Origin: a virus
Taxonomy: Duplodnaviria > Caudoviricetes
IMG/VR virus record: IMGVR_UViG_3300032103_000216
Span: 1-49,799 of that record
Strand: one strand, 5' to 3'
DNA length: 49,799 nucleotides
Numbering within the stretch: the first letter of the stretch is position 1; each line of letters starts with the position of its first letter. The position numbers and the translations under genes are program-made. Positions 1-10,891 of this stretch are shown here, in pieces. The notes beneath the pieces were generated by a model. The model was not told the DNA's origin. It was given only the letters and a program-made list of their open reading frames with translations, and searched no databases.

Positions 1-115
1 TTGATAAAATCAACGAATTAACTTTGCTAATTCAAAATAAAAATTCATCATTAAAAATTGTTGATAAAATCAACGAATTAACTTTGCTAATTCAAAATAA
101 AAATTCATCATTAAA
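1..115 (+). repeat. 60-bp-period tandem duplication inside the first ORF
   Basis: 1-55 is identical to 61-115. The duplication is in frame (KINELTLLIQNKNSSL twice). Confidence 0.9.
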
Positions 116-437
116 TTTTAATATTGATGAATTATTAACTGAATTAAATTTACAAAAAGAATTGCTAATATCTTTAAAGACTCGTCTTTATAAGACAAAT
201 ATGCCTATTCAAGATAAAATTTTTAAACTTTCTGAATTAAAAACAGAAGTTAAATTTTGGTCAGGTTTACCTACTAAAGAAGGTTTAGAATATGATCGCT
301 ATCATAAAGACTCATTCGAGTACGTGTCACACTTTAATGAAGTGTTTGTTCGCAAGAAAAAAGAAGAACTTCAAAAAGAAATTGAAAAAGTCCAAGAAGA
401 ACTTGATTACTTTAACCATATAACTGATTTATTGTAA
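3..437 (+). CDS. DIP1984-like coiled-coil protein, 5' end outside window
   Basis: Frame is open from position 3. The KINEL...LKTRLYKTN...IQ/VQEELDYFNH pattern resembles DIP1984-family phage proteins (recognised by eye). The missing N-terminus is likely MKVYQALKEKNK, seen in the copy at 19586. Confidence 0.5.
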   Translation, partial: DKINELTLLIQNKNSSLKIVDKINELTLLIQNKNSSLNFNIDELLTELNLQKELLISLKTRLYKTNMPIQDKIFKLSELKTEVKFWSGLPTKEGLEYDRYHKDSFEYVSHFNEVFVRKKKEELQKEIEKVQEELDYFNHITDLL

Positions 438-548
438 TCAAAAACATAATTGAGTGTTGTGTGATAATTAGTAATTTTTATGGATTGATATCACTCATTC
501 ATAAAATGAACATTATTGCACTCACTCAATTTAATATATCATATTTTT
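394..548 (+). repeat. Inverted dispersed repeat of 19235-19502 (this copy lacks 113 nt)
   Basis: 394-497 is the reverse complement of 19399-19502. 498-548 is the reverse complement of 19235-19285 with one mismatch. Confidence 0.9.
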
Positions 549-749
549 CTACTGGTTACAGCAAATCCAGTGACCAAAGCAAAGCCAAAGAGTTCACACG
601 TGACACTGTTGAGTCAACCGATCCTAATGCCTATTTCAAGTTGTACGACTTCTTGATTAACCTTACAACTCATTACTATACTGAAACCATTATCGAATGG
701 ATTATCAGTAAATCAGAAGTGAAAAAATTACATTTCAGACAATAAAACT

Positions 750-941
750 ATGAAAGCAACTTATGTATCTGTATGGGATAGTGGAAGTGAAGTAGCTACG
801 TCCTGTAATTTCGAACCTGAAACAAAGAATATCACTGATATTGAAATGGTTGATGGAGAGTTTGTACGACTTCCTGATGGAACTGAAATTGATGTTGATG
901 ATTGTTTGATTGAAGGTGAATCATACGAAAAACTTAATTAA
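750..941 (+). CDS. hypothetical phage protein
   Basis: ATG ORF preceded by A-rich leader, in a co-oriented early gene block. Confidence 0.6.
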   Translation: MKATYVSVWDSGSEVATSCNFEPETKNITDIEMVDGEFVRLPDGTEIDVDDCLIEGESYEKLN

Positions 942-1140
942 GATATGGCAAAAAAAATGATTTGGGTTTGTTCTGATTGTGGTTCGAGCAATGTACAAAC
1001 TAAGAAATGGGTTGACCTCAACACTAATGAAATAAAAGGTGATATATCTGATGGGTGAACCCGAAGATAATTGGTGTGAACATTGCTTGAACCATAACTG
1101 ATGTAATTGAAGTTGAAATTGAATCTTAAATAAGAATCAT

Positions 1141-1383
1141 ATGAAAACAAAACCTTTTATTGTAGTATTCCCTGTTGATGTTGACAAGAATGAGGTTGAT
1201 AATATTAATGGTAATACCTATACTCAACCTGAACTCGATAAGGAATTAAGTATTATCGAGAAACAGTTTGGTGTAACCATTGATACCTTTGGCTTGGATA
1301 ACTTTGTCCATGCTGTCAATGAACAAGATATTGATGTTCTTACTGAATCTTGGATTGCTCATGTAAATGTAATAGAAGAATAA
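1141..1383 (+). CDS. hypothetical phage protein
   Basis: ATG ORF, 80 aa, protein-like acidic composition. Confidence 0.65.
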   Translation: MKTKPFIVVFPVDVDKNEVDNINGNTYTQPELDKELSIIEKQFGVTIDTFGLDNFVHAVNEQDIDVLTESWIAHVNVIEE

Positions 1384-1506
1384 AAACCTTATTTCCTAAT
1401 TAAAAATAATATGAACAAGTCACCCCCGTAATTTAATCCTATATATTTTGATTTATATAAATAATTGTAATAATTAAAAATCCTGAAAATAAATTTCAGG
1501 GTTTTC

Positions 1507-1537
1507 TTGTTTTTTAGTTCGAACCATTGTACTTTTG
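1507..1537 (+). promoter_or_regulatory. Bacteroidota sigmaA-type promoter with TTCGAACC box
   Basis: TTG (1507) ... TTCGAACC (1518-1525) N4 TACTTTTG (1530-1537), matching the TAnnTTTG -7 consensus. Confidence 0.7.
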
Positions 1538-1830
1538 ATTCATGGGAACTAAAACCAACAAAGTTATACGAATTGATGATGAAGGTTATCTTGTATTGGA
1601 TGATTTTTGGGTATGGTTTTAATCCTAAGAAATCATGTATTAAAGTTTCTAATCAAGAACTTATCAAAGTGAATTATAAATTAGTTCCAAAATACACAAC
1701 TGATAAAAACACATTATCATGAAAAAGACTTTGAAACAAACTCATTATGGATTGGATGCAACAAAAGCAAAATGCTTTCGAATACTAAACTTTAAAATTA
1801 CTTAGTTAAGAAAACCTGAAAATAAATTAA

Positions 1831-1850
1831 TTCGAACCTCTATACCTTTG
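1831..1850 (+). promoter_or_regulatory. Bacteroidota sigmaA-type promoter with TTCGAACC box
   Basis: TTCGAACC N4 TACCTTTG. Confidence 0.65.
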
Positions 1851-2157
1851 TTTTATAAATTAAAACCCAAATATCATGGCAACAAAAAAAGAAAATTAAT
1901 CTTAAAGAAGCGTACACAGATTATTCAGTTCATGAAGCATATGATAATGTGAAAGATGGTACGGATTGATGATTTCAAAACATTAGCCAAAGCTATTGAA
2001 TTTGTTAATTACTATATTGATAGCGAAGAAAATTGTAAGTATCTTATATTTAAAAAAGTACCAGTATCAATGCATGAAAATAAAACCGTAAAAAATAATA
2101 TTAATTTCTAACTAAGAAACAAGCAAAAAAAAAGTCAAAAAATAATTACGATTTTTC

Positions 2158-2188
2158 TTGCTATTTAATTCGAACCTTTATACTTTTG
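2158..2188 (+). promoter_or_regulatory. Bacteroidota sigmaA-type promoter with TTCGAACC box
   Basis: TTG (2158) ... TTCGAACC (2169-2176) N4 TACTTTTG (2181-2188), 30 nt upstream of the ATG at 2219. Confidence 0.75.
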
Positions 2189-2218
2189 TTCTGCAATTAA
2201 ATATTAACCCAAAATACT

Positions 2219-2737
2219 ATGGCACTCGTAACCGAAAATGTAAAAACTGCTGATGTCTATGTGAAAGATGAAGGTGATTTTGCTACAATCATCTTTCAAA
2301 CACCCAAAGCACAAAATATTGCAAGGAAGAATGTACAAGGTGATTTCTATGGCAAAGATGTACTAAAGGTAGATGTTGACCTGTCATTCGTACCTAAGTT
2401 TCTTGGTTGGGCATTAACTCATAACCTATCATTTGATAGTGAGATTTCAGTACGTGTAGGTTCAAAGTATGCCATTACCGATAAAGAAGCAATACGCAAA
2501 GCTATTTGCGCTCCAAAGTCAATGCTTGATTCCGCATTACCAAAGATTCTTGAACATGTTGGGCTTGCTACATTCAGAGGCGATGACTTGAATAAAGTTA
2601 ATCCAGCTTGGTCAGTTAATGACAAGTTTGTTGTCGGTCAACGTTATCCTGTATATGACAATGAAGGTTACTTCGTTGTGGGTAACGATGGAAAGGGTTA
2701 CAAGATGACCCCGAAAGCATGGTCAGGTAAATGGTAA
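2219..2737 (+). CDS. hypothetical phage protein
   Basis: 172-aa ATG ORF directly after a promoter. Confidence 0.8.
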   Translation: MALVTENVKTADVYVKDEGDFATIIFQTPKAQNIARKNVQGDFYGKDVLKVDVDLSFVPKFLGWALTHNLSFDSEISVRVGSKYAITDKEAIRKAICAPKSMLDSALPKILEHVGLATFRGDDLNKVNPAWSVNDKFVVGQRYPVYDNEGYFVVGNDGKGYKMTPKAWSGKW

Positions 2738-2756
2738 ACTCTTAACTAATAAAATT

Positions 2757-3011
2757 ATGAAAACAGTTTTAAGAAATGCTCAAGGTGAAATCGAATACAT
2801 TCACCTTTGCGGTAACATTTACTTAACTAAGAAAGCTGAACAAGTCTTTCAGGAAACTACTGTAACACGTGAAATGGTATTGGAAACAATACCTGACCCT
2901 GCAATGGCATTTGCTTGTGCAGTAGAAGAAAGAAATGATGCAAAGCATTACAAACTTCAAATCCTGATGAAGCTATGCATTATTGATGCCTATGACGTAA
3001 AATATAACTAA
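2757..3011 (+). CDS. hypothetical phage protein
   Basis: ATG preceded by the repeated ACTCTTAACTAA-A-rich leader. Confidence 0.75.
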   Translation: MKTVLRNAQGEIEYIHLCGNIYLTKKAEQVFQETTVTREMVLETIPDPAMAFACAVEERNDAKHYKLQILMKLCIIDAYDVKYN

Positions 3012-3367
3012 CTCTTAACTAAAAATTATGTTACCTTATCCAATAACAATTCTTTTGTTTATCCTGTATGTAATTCATTTCTTTATTGCTCGATGGATAA
3101 TCATTAAGTTGATTGGATATGGGTTCATGCTTATTCTTAGTTAATAAATTCATTCTGTGGTGGCAATGGTTTAGTAAATGGATTAAGTTATCACATTATA
3201 TTTCTCAACCTGAATCGGTAAAACCATTCTATAATGAAGCTGAAATTCTACAAAGAGTAGAACTCATTAAAGAACAAGAAAGAATCTTAGCTGCGAAAGC
3301 AAAGGTGCAAGTTTCTTAACTTGCATCACTTCAAAACACAATGTTCAACTCTTAACTAAAAAATAAA

Positions 3368-3670
3368 ATGAATACTGAAATTAAAGAAGCAAAAAAAAGA
3401 GGTCGTCAAAAGGGGCAAACCATTGAAAGACCTTTCATTATTGATGAAAATCTTTTACCTTTCAAAATCAAAATCAATGAAAGGTCTTATGATGTATTTG
3501 AAGGTGATAGTATTATACCTATTGGTTATTATACTACACTGCCTAATGCATTGAAGTGTGTTGCTTTGGAGAAAGCCAAAAGGACTAAAAAGGAATTCAG
3601 TCTTCAACAATACATTGATGCTTTCAGTAAAGAAGTAGAAAAAATTAAAGAACTCATACCACAAATCTAA
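3368..3670 (+). CDS. hypothetical phage protein
   Basis: ATG preceded by ACTCTTAACTAA leader, 100 aa. Confidence 0.75.
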   Translation: MNTEIKEAKKRGRQKGQTIERPFIIDENLLPFKIKINERSYDVFEGDSIIPIGYYTTLPNALKCVALEKAKRTKKEFSLQQYIDAFSKEVEKIKELIPQI

Positions 3671-4048
3671 ATTAAGAATTATGGGTAAAGTAATTTGGAC
3701 TGTATGGACTAATACCTATGTAAATTACTTAGGTGATGTCCATTTCAGTAAAGGATACTTAACTAAGAATGCTGCTCTTCAGGGAAAACGAAGAACTGAT
3801 GTTCAATATTTAGGTGATCCATTTAAAATCGATCTGAAGAAATGAGTTTTGTACACTACTATATTCTTTTCTATATTGTACTAATCATTTTTATGATTTG
3901 GTATAGTAAAAAAAATAAGAAATAGTATTAGGATAAAATTTAAAATAGAAGCGGAGACTTTCAAAACATCTACTAAAGATATGAAACGTGAACTAAAATT
4001 TCGTGCATGGGATGGTAAACAGTGGTCATATTTTACACTTGGTGAAGT

Positions 4049-4483
4049 ATGAAAAAGTTAAATACACTTTTACAGTATCGAGAACCTGAATATTTCTTAG
4101 ATATAAAACCTGATGAACATTTTCTGTTTGAGACAATAAATCCGATAGTAAGGGTTGCTAAGTTATCCTTAATAAAGCAATCATCTTATTTTGATTATTC
4201 TGGCTTTCAAATAAAAACTGTTACAACTCCTTGTGTGGCATTGTCCGAACTAAATGGACTTAAAGTTTGCCATATAGAATGTCCAGAATTTACTGGACGT
4301 ATCAATGCATTCTATGCATTAGATTGTACATCTTTTATAGGAGTGGTGTGGGATAGTGGTCTTGGTCACCTTAAACTACGAGCAAATTATTTTTGGAATG
4401 ATCCAAATAATTTATTAACTTTGGATTTAAACAAAATGACTAAAAATAGACCTAATTCAAAATATCCAGAATTCAAATTCTAA
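4049..4483 (+). CDS. hypothetical phage protein
   Basis: 144-aa ATG ORF. Confidence 0.65.
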   Translation: MKKLNTLLQYREPEYFLDIKPDEHFLFETINPIVRVAKLSLIKQSSYFDYSGFQIKTVTTPCVALSELNGLKVCHIECPEFTGRINAFYALDCTSFIGVVWDSGLGHLKLRANYFWNDPNNLLTLDLNKMTKNRPNSKYPEFKF

Positions 4484-4487
4484 AAAA

Positions 4488-4832
4488 ATGGAAGCAACTA
4501 TCAAACAAAACCTTTTGAATTCTTATAAGACTAATAATCATATTGGTCAAACAGTTCACAAAATGCAACTGGTTGCTTTATTAGCTAAGAATTCAAAATC
4601 TACAACAAAAAATAATAATTCTTTTTTGTTTAAAAAATTCGAACCTTTATTCGTACCCACAGATGAGAAAGGTATCGAGTACTTCGATATGACTGATATT
4701 AATACTGGTAAATCTTATTCAGTATATGGTGTTCCTGATCACTTATTGATCCCTGCTGATAATCAGGATAAGTTATCAGATGGATTCAAATCATTTGTAG
4801 ATAATAACTACAATGGATCAAAAGAGGGGTGA
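4488..4832 (+). CDS. hypothetical phage protein
   Basis: 114-aa ATG ORF, 4 nt after the previous stop. Confidence 0.7.
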   Translation: MEATIKQNLLNSYKTNNHIGQTVHKMQLVALLAKNSKSTTKNNNSFLFKKFEPLFVPTDEKGIEYFDMTDINTGKSYSVYGVPDHLLIPADNQDKLSDGFKSFVDNNYNGSKEG

Positions 4833-4874
4833 AAGAACTTTTCAAATTAAGAAATATTTAACCCAAATAAAACT

Positions 4875-5399
4875 ATGAAATCAACAGCAATCAATTTCGA
4901 GTCACTGTACTCAGCAATTTACAGTAAAGTTCTACGGCATGTATCCTATAAGGTTAATGATTATGAATTGGCCAAGGATATCACAGGTGACATCTTCGTT
5001 AAGATTTACAACAAGATGAGCACCTTCAATGCAGATAAAGCTGCTATCAATACTTGGGCTTGGACTATCGTAAAGAATTCATTGATCGATTACTTCCGTT
5101 TGAAGAAACTCGATGCGATACAGTTGAGTAAGATGAACACTGATGATGGTGACCAGTTCGAATTACCATCTTCTTTAGATACATTTACACAAGTATCCAC
5201 TGATGAGACTATGAACAGGATCATAAATGCAATCAATGAACTGCCTGAATCTCACAGAGAAATTGCATATCTGAATCTGGTGGAAGACTTGAAACTTGAG
5301 GATGTAGCGTCTCGTACCAATACACCTCTTGGAACTGTAAAAGTTACAATGATGAAAGTAAGGTCTTTTTTAGTTAAGAGGTTAAACGATCTCGCATAA
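4875..5399 (+). CDS. ECF-type RNA polymerase sigma factor (sigma-70 family)
   Basis: Region 2 (AKDITGDIFVKIY...NTWAWTIVKNSLIDYFR) and region 4 (LPESHREI...LEDVA...PLGTVKV), 174 aa. Confidence 0.9.
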   Translation: MKSTAINFESLYSAIYSKVLRHVSYKVNDYELAKDITGDIFVKIYNKMSTFNADKAAINTWAWTIVKNSLIDYFRLKKLDAIQLSKMNTDDGDQFELPSSLDTFTQVSTDETMNRIINAINELPESHREIAYLNLVEDLKLEDVASRTNTPLGTVKVTMMKVRSFLVKRLNDLA

Positions 5400-5692
5400 T
5401 GGAAACAATTGATGATTTGATTAAGGGATTGCATGACCTGAAAAAAAGTGTATCTGCAAGTTTTCACTACGATGGCAGATATATAGGTAAATCACTTGAA
5501 GCTGTATTGACATATATCAGCATCTGGAAAAGACTTAGACCTGATATCACTCTCAATGATATGTTAAAAGAAAAGAAAATATTGACGCTTCAATTATATC
5601 AATTGGCATTGGAAAAATGGAATGTAGTTAAACCCATCACTGATGAAGAATGGTTCGAATTATTTAGTTTTCCTTTTAAAAAAGCAGCATAA
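5399..5692 (+). CDS. hypothetical phage protein
   Basis: Start overlaps the sigma stop codon (TAATG). Confidence 0.65.
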   Translation: METIDDLIKGLHDLKKSVSASFHYDGRYIGKSLEAVLTYISIWKRLRPDITLNDMLKEKKILTLQLYQLALEKWNVVKPITDEEWFELFSFPFKKAA

Positions 5693-5899
5693 TGAAAAAT
5701 CTTGATAAACTATCCAAAGCGTAATGTCATTTAAGGCAGAGAAGGAGCACACAGTAGTTTTTTTATTATTTTTCTGTCTTTGCTTCAAAGCCAGTGGTGG
5801 AATGTACATGTGATCCTCTTATGTACCCCTTTAAAACCCCTGAAAAGAGGTTTTTTATTTAGAATGATTCTAAATTATGATTTATCTTTAAAATTAAAT

Positions 5900-5925
5900 A
5901 ACTTTTTTGAACCTATATCCGTATA
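5900..5925 (+). promoter_or_regulatory. putative ECF-sigma promoter AAC-N17-CGTATA
   Basis: AAC 5900-5902, 17-nt spacer, CGTATA 5920-5925. The same spacing recurs at several other sites. Confidence 0.55.
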
Positions 5926-6066
5926 CTATAATAGTTTTGTTGGTTTTATTTTGGGTTTGCTTTGGGGGCTTTTTGGGTTGCCCCCTTTGCTTTTTTATAA
6001 GGGTCTTCGTATATTGTACGACTTATAGAATGTACACTGAATGCCCAATTATAAATCAAATTTGTT

Positions 6067-6092
6067 AACCATTCATCATCTGCATCCGTATA
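6067..6092 (+). promoter_or_regulatory. putative ECF-sigma promoter AAC-N17-CGTATA
   Basis: AAC 6067-6069, 17-nt spacer, CGTATA 6087-6092. Confidence 0.55.
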
Positions 6093-6269
6093 ATATATCA
6101 TATACATAAAGCACTTATTTTCACCATTAATGGGATCATATACGATATACCATCACATTACGTCTTTTTTAATGTAAAAGGTAAAAGAGATGATAAAGAA
6201 ATCAATCTAAAAACCTTAAGATTGCCAATCATAAATACCATTATTGAATATTATTAACTAAAAAATATT

Positions 6270-6906
6270 ATGACCCAAGAACAACTAACCCAAAAAATTC
6301 GTGATATCTACTCTTCAGAAAAAGGACGTGGATTTATTACTCATCTGTTGAGGGCATTCTTTCCTATTAATAAAGTTCAATATGTCATGTTTGATCATGA
6401 AAACGACAATGGGAAACCAAAGACTATGAAATGCTGTATCACTGGAGAACAAATGTACTCCAAGGGTTCTAAACTTCAAATACTTTCTGCAGAACCATGA
6501 GCATCCTTTAAGAACTTTGTGGATCGTACTATCAAAGCAATTGATGAAACCAAAGAAATTGATCCATATGCTGAAGCAATAACCAATGAAGTTAAAGAGA
6601 AACTGCAGTCAATGCCATTAGAGCCATCACTTCTAATAAAAGTGATAAAGTAATGTCTGAAGAGGCATTCCAAGCTCTCCAAAACTTCTACTTCTCTGAA
6701 CTACTCAGAAGGTTAATAAACATGTCAACTGGATCGCTAATAACGAGAAAGCTAAGTGGATCACTGAGTCAGCTAAACGAGATGGTCTAGTAACAACCAA
6801 GAAAGAAGAGAGGGTCATCCATAAAGCTGTAGAGCACTCTAAGATGTCCCTTGGTGAATTGGATGTTCTGAAAGACCTTAAGAAAAAGTTCGAGTCTAAA
6901 TCTTAA
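6270..6906 (+). pseudogene. hypothetical protein broken by frameshifts (possibly assembly errors)
   Basis: ORF 6270-6500 continues as protein-like sequence in other frames up to ...SLGELDVLKDLKKKFESKS*. Confidence 0.45.
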
Positions 6907-7000
6907 CTGCGTAAGCAAAGAAATTAATATGGCAGTCCTAAAGACGAAATCGAAATGTTATCTGTTGAATCTTTAATACAAATTTCTAACTAAGAAAGAT

Positions 7001-7372
7001 ATGAATAAAAGAATCAAAACCAAATGGTTAAAGGTATTACGTTCTGGTAATTACAAGCAAGGTATGACCGTATTACATAGTGCTGGTAAAAGAGGTGGCA
7101 ATTATAAGTTCTGCTGTCTTGGTGTACTATGTGATATCTACCTAAAAGAAAAGAAATTGAAATGGAAAGAATTTCCTACAGTAAGTTTGGAAAAATCTTC
7201 TCTGCATCTAATACAGAATCAGAAACTGAAGTATTACCCGATACTGTTAGACGATGGGCTGGATTAAAAGAAAATAATCCAGTAATTAAATGATTCAAAC
7301 AACCTTGCAGCTATTAACGATTCTGGCAATACCTTTAAACAAATAGCCGATATCATCGAAAAAGAAATCTAA
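7001..7372 (+). pseudogene. conserved phage hypothetical (WLxxLRSGxYKQG...CCLGVLCD), frameshifted
   Basis: N-terminal motif intact. The C-terminal LAAINDSGNTFKQIADIIEKEI is in another frame. Confidence 0.5.
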
Positions 7373-7500
7373 TTATTTTCACCCATAATAACCAACATGA
7401 CTACTATTGTCTATTCGCTGACTGGATTCTATCTAAAGAATATGCAATAATACTTTATCTAAATTTAGATTAATAGACTGTACATATACCTATACCTGAA

Positions 7501-7530
7501 AAGGCTGTCTGAAAACAGACAGCCTTTTTT
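7501..7530 (+). terminator. intrinsic terminator ending the + strand block
   Basis: AAGGCTGTCTG-AAAA-CAGACAGCCTT followed by a T run. Confidence 0.85.
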
Positions 7531-8550
7531 ATTAGTCTTTAACCTATTATTGTACAACATATCATACAGTATAGATTGTACATCTACTTAATGAATCATA
7601 ACTCATTCAGAATGTACATCACTATAAATTAATTTATGTCCCTGATCTTTACCATAAATGGGACAAACAATTTCTAATTAAAAAATAATTTTTAATTAGA
7701 AATGTAAAATTGTATTATCCATATGTCTATAATGTACATATGATCTGAACATATGTAATGTACTATCACACTATTACGTGATAGCTTTATAATTTTTTAT
7801 AATGTACGATGAGAGTAATAGTGCAGCTCAGGTTGTTGCATTATTGCTAATTAAAAAATGATTCTTAATCAGAAATATTTTCAGAGTCAGGTTTCTTAAC
7901 TATTAAATATTTTTTAATTAAAAAAAATCTTCGTGGGGGCATTCCATTTAGGTTTTATTTCGTTTTATTATACCACATTTCCCTGTGGGAAATTGTGGGT
8001 TAAAATGGGTCAAAGTGGTTTTTCGACCTCATCAATTTTTAGATACTGTAAATTTCTGGTTTATTTTATATAAAAACGCAGTTTTTTACTATTTTCTACA
8101 GTACACTTTTAGTTATAAATTAGATAATTAAAGTACATAAAAACCCCATAATTTTTAATTAGGAAATGGTGAGTTTATTTTAATTAGGGTTAAATATTAA
8201 TCCATGTAATTTTCTAAGTTTAGAAGGGATATAGAATTAATTATTTTTTAAGATTTGCCAATTTAGCTTGTAGTTCTTTTTCAGATTTTTCTTTAATAAT
8301 TAGTTCGAATACTTGTAAGGAAGAACCATATAGAGGACATGAGTTAAGACCTTTTTTGCTCATCATGCATTTAGCTTTGGAGAAGAACCGACTGGTTCTA
8401 TCTTCAAGATCATGAATTACTCTACCCTTGCAAGGCTGGTTATTAAGGGAGCAAATACAAAAGTCTCTACAGTCACCAGACAGGTGATATTCATAGTTTT
8501 CATTAATAAGTGCAGGACAGGTTTTACCAATTTCTGGTGTGAATAAATCT

Positions 8551-8898
8551 TTATCGGTTTCTATATAGTTTGTTTAAATCAATTGGGTTATACCATTTAA
8601 TAAACTCAACAACTGTTAAGTATGTTCCATGTAGTTTAGATTTTCTCCATCTTTCAATAATAATCGAATCACTATCGATACATAATCCGTTATCTATTAT
8701 CCTTGTTGCAAATCCTAAACTTTCAATTTTTTCAACTACAGGCATTAACCAATCCCATGATTTATCAAATTCTAATTGATATGTTTCATAAAAAATGTCA
8801 TGTCCTGTGAGTTTATAAGGGACTACCCACTGATCTGGATTCATTATATTTCTATGTATGCCATAAAACTCAGCAACTAATTCGATATTTTTTTTCAT
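8551..8898 (-). CDS. hypothetical phage protein
   Basis: 115 aa with FDKSWDWLMPVVEKIE, a motif common in phage hypotheticals. Confidence 0.75.
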   Translation of the reverse strand: MKKNIELVAEFYGIHRNIMNPDQWVVPYKLTGHDIFYETYQLEFDKSWDWLMPVVEKIESLGFATRIIDNGLCIDSDSIIIERWRKSKLHGTYLTVVEFIKWYNPIDLNKLYRNR

Positions 8899-9733
8899 TA
8901 TTTTACATTTTGTTCAAACCATTTTTCAAATCAATGGTATTATGTTTATTTTGAATTTGAAAATTCAAAAAATCTTCAAATTTATACTTTTTTCTTTCTG
9001 TGGGATGATTTTAGCATACTCCAATTTATTAAAATTATTGTAACTAGTATCATCTTCCCATTTAGTCACAATTTCAAAATTAACAATTTTATCAGTATCT
9101 ACTTCACCATTATTCGATTGCTGATTGCCATTGGGAATATTTAAGTGAAGTCCATTTAGGTGCTATTCCACCAAAATATGGTTCATTATATTCAACGACA
9201 AGAGTTTTTAATTCATAAGGATAAGCAGATTGGCCTCTTATTGGATTAAGTCTTTGATGATACGGATAAATATCAATCAACAAGACTTTTACCGATTCTT
9301 CCTATTACCCAATGTTTTATTTTGGATGGGCAACCATCCCAATATACTTGTATTCCTTCTGTTAATTGATTTTTATTCAAAGAGATTGATTTTTAGCCAT
9401 GTTTTTAAGATTTTACTTATTTTATATTTTTTCGATATATTTTGGGAAGTTTTGGTATAGTTTTTCCCAAGAGTAGTTATGATGCAATCTAAGGAATTCC
9501 ATATAGTTTTTCATTACTTCACTTACACCGATAGATTTGATTCTATAATTTTCCATAAGATAGTGATTATTATTATATATAAAAAACTGGTTATTATGGT
9601 TATAATATGCAATTATATGTATCTTAAGGGGTTACATATTAAAAAGCATTTTCAAATATTTACCTTCAGTTATTTTAACAGTAACAAAACCTTCAAAACT
9701 ATCACCATTATCACCAACACTTCTTTGGTCAAC

Positions 9734-9952
9734 CTATTCCCATTCTATCAATTCGCTTGCTTCCTGTTTGTTACCAAAAGGCTTTTTAACAATTTCAAAC
9801 TCACCATGTATTTGTGATTCCTCAATCAACTCACACAATTCGGCATACCAATCTTCGCCTTTCTCTTGTTTTACCAATTCTAAAATAGGTTTGTTGTGCG
9901 CTTCAATTTTCTTATAGTACTCTTCCATGCCTTTTGTGTACTCATCCATCAT
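9734..9952 (-). CDS. hypothetical protein (probably frameshifted at both ends)
   Basis: Protein-like ORF. Confidence 0.45.
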   Translation of the reverse strand: MMDEYTKGMEEYYKKIEAHNKPILELVKQEKGEDWYAELCELIEESQIHGEFEIVKKPFGNKQEASELIEWE

Positions 9953-10258
9953 CCTGTTAAATTCTTCTTGTTTTGGTTTTCGGGTAAAGTTGTCATTGTT
10001 TTTTTTTGTTATCTTATAATTTATATAGGTTTAATACCTAATTACTTCACCTTCAATAATTAAATTACCTAATGAACTTTGATCTTTGATAAAAACAGAA
10101 TCACGACCTAACATATTTTTTTTAAAAACTAATGATCGATAATGTTTATTATCCATTGCTTTAGTAAAATAATGTTCTGTGCAATTTTCTTTATCCTCTA
10201 AATATCCATAATTAAATTCATTTAATATTAATTAATAATAAATCATTTTCTTTTATAT

Positions 10259-10564
10259 TCAAAATAAGGCACAACTTATTGAGGTGATTTTTATTTGGAA
10301 GTGTTTTCCCCTCATCCAATAACTAACAGTATTTTTAGACACGCATAATTTTTGCTCACCTAATGTTTCATCTTTATACTTACCAGAACTTAATGTACCT
10401 GATTGTGATTTTTTAATCAAATCACTGGTAGAATATCTTTTTAATTTTTCCTCGTTAACAATTTGATCAAGTTTCTCAAGACGTTCTTCTAAATATGATT
10501 TAGGTTGTCCAAGATCAGCAGGATAATACTTTTCTTGTTGCATTTTTTTTCCAAATCTCTTCAA
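10259..10564 (-). CDS. hypothetical protein
   Basis: ORF with plausible ATG (MQQEKYY) overlapping the upstream gene. Confidence 0.5.
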   Translation of the reverse strand: MKRFGKKMQQEKYYPADLGQPKSYLEERLEKLDQIVNEEKLKRYSTSDLIKKSQSGTLSSGKYKDETLGEQKLCVSKNTVSYWMRGKHFQIKITSISCALF

Positions 10565-10778
10565 TTTCTTTACCTGTTAGAGATAATATATCTATAAATT
10601 GAAATAATTGATAACCAATAAAATAATTTTTTCTTTCTATTGATAAATCTTTCCACCATTCAAGTGCTAATTCACGAGTTGATTTTTCGGGATAGTAACT
10701 GTTATTAGCTGCTTTTTCTAGTGTATAGAAATAAGCATTAGTTTTTTTATCTTCAAGAAGCTGAACTGAATACCACAT
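10515..10778 (-). CDS. hypothetical protein
   Basis: ATG preceded by A-rich leader. Confidence 0.65.
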   Translation of the reverse strand: MWYSVQLLEDKKTNAYFYTLEKAANNSYYPEKSTRELALEWWKDLSIERKNYFIGYQLFQFIDILSLTGKEIEEIWKKNATRKVLSC

Positions 10779-10810
10779 AGTTTTAGTTGTTTAAATTAAT
10801 GATTTATTTG

Positions 10811-10879
10811 TAGTCAGGACAGGATTTGAAGCTATGTAAACCTGATCAAGGCTGCTTTAGACCACTAAGCTAACTGACA
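10811..10879 (-). ncRNA. degenerate tRNA-like element
   Basis: GTCAG/CTGAC acceptor and D-arm-like region present. Anticodon loop is 5 nt and the T arm is imperfect. Shares its 3' end TCCTGTCCTGACTAC with the next element. Confidence 0.5.
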
Positions 10880-10891
10880 TAAATTTATTTG

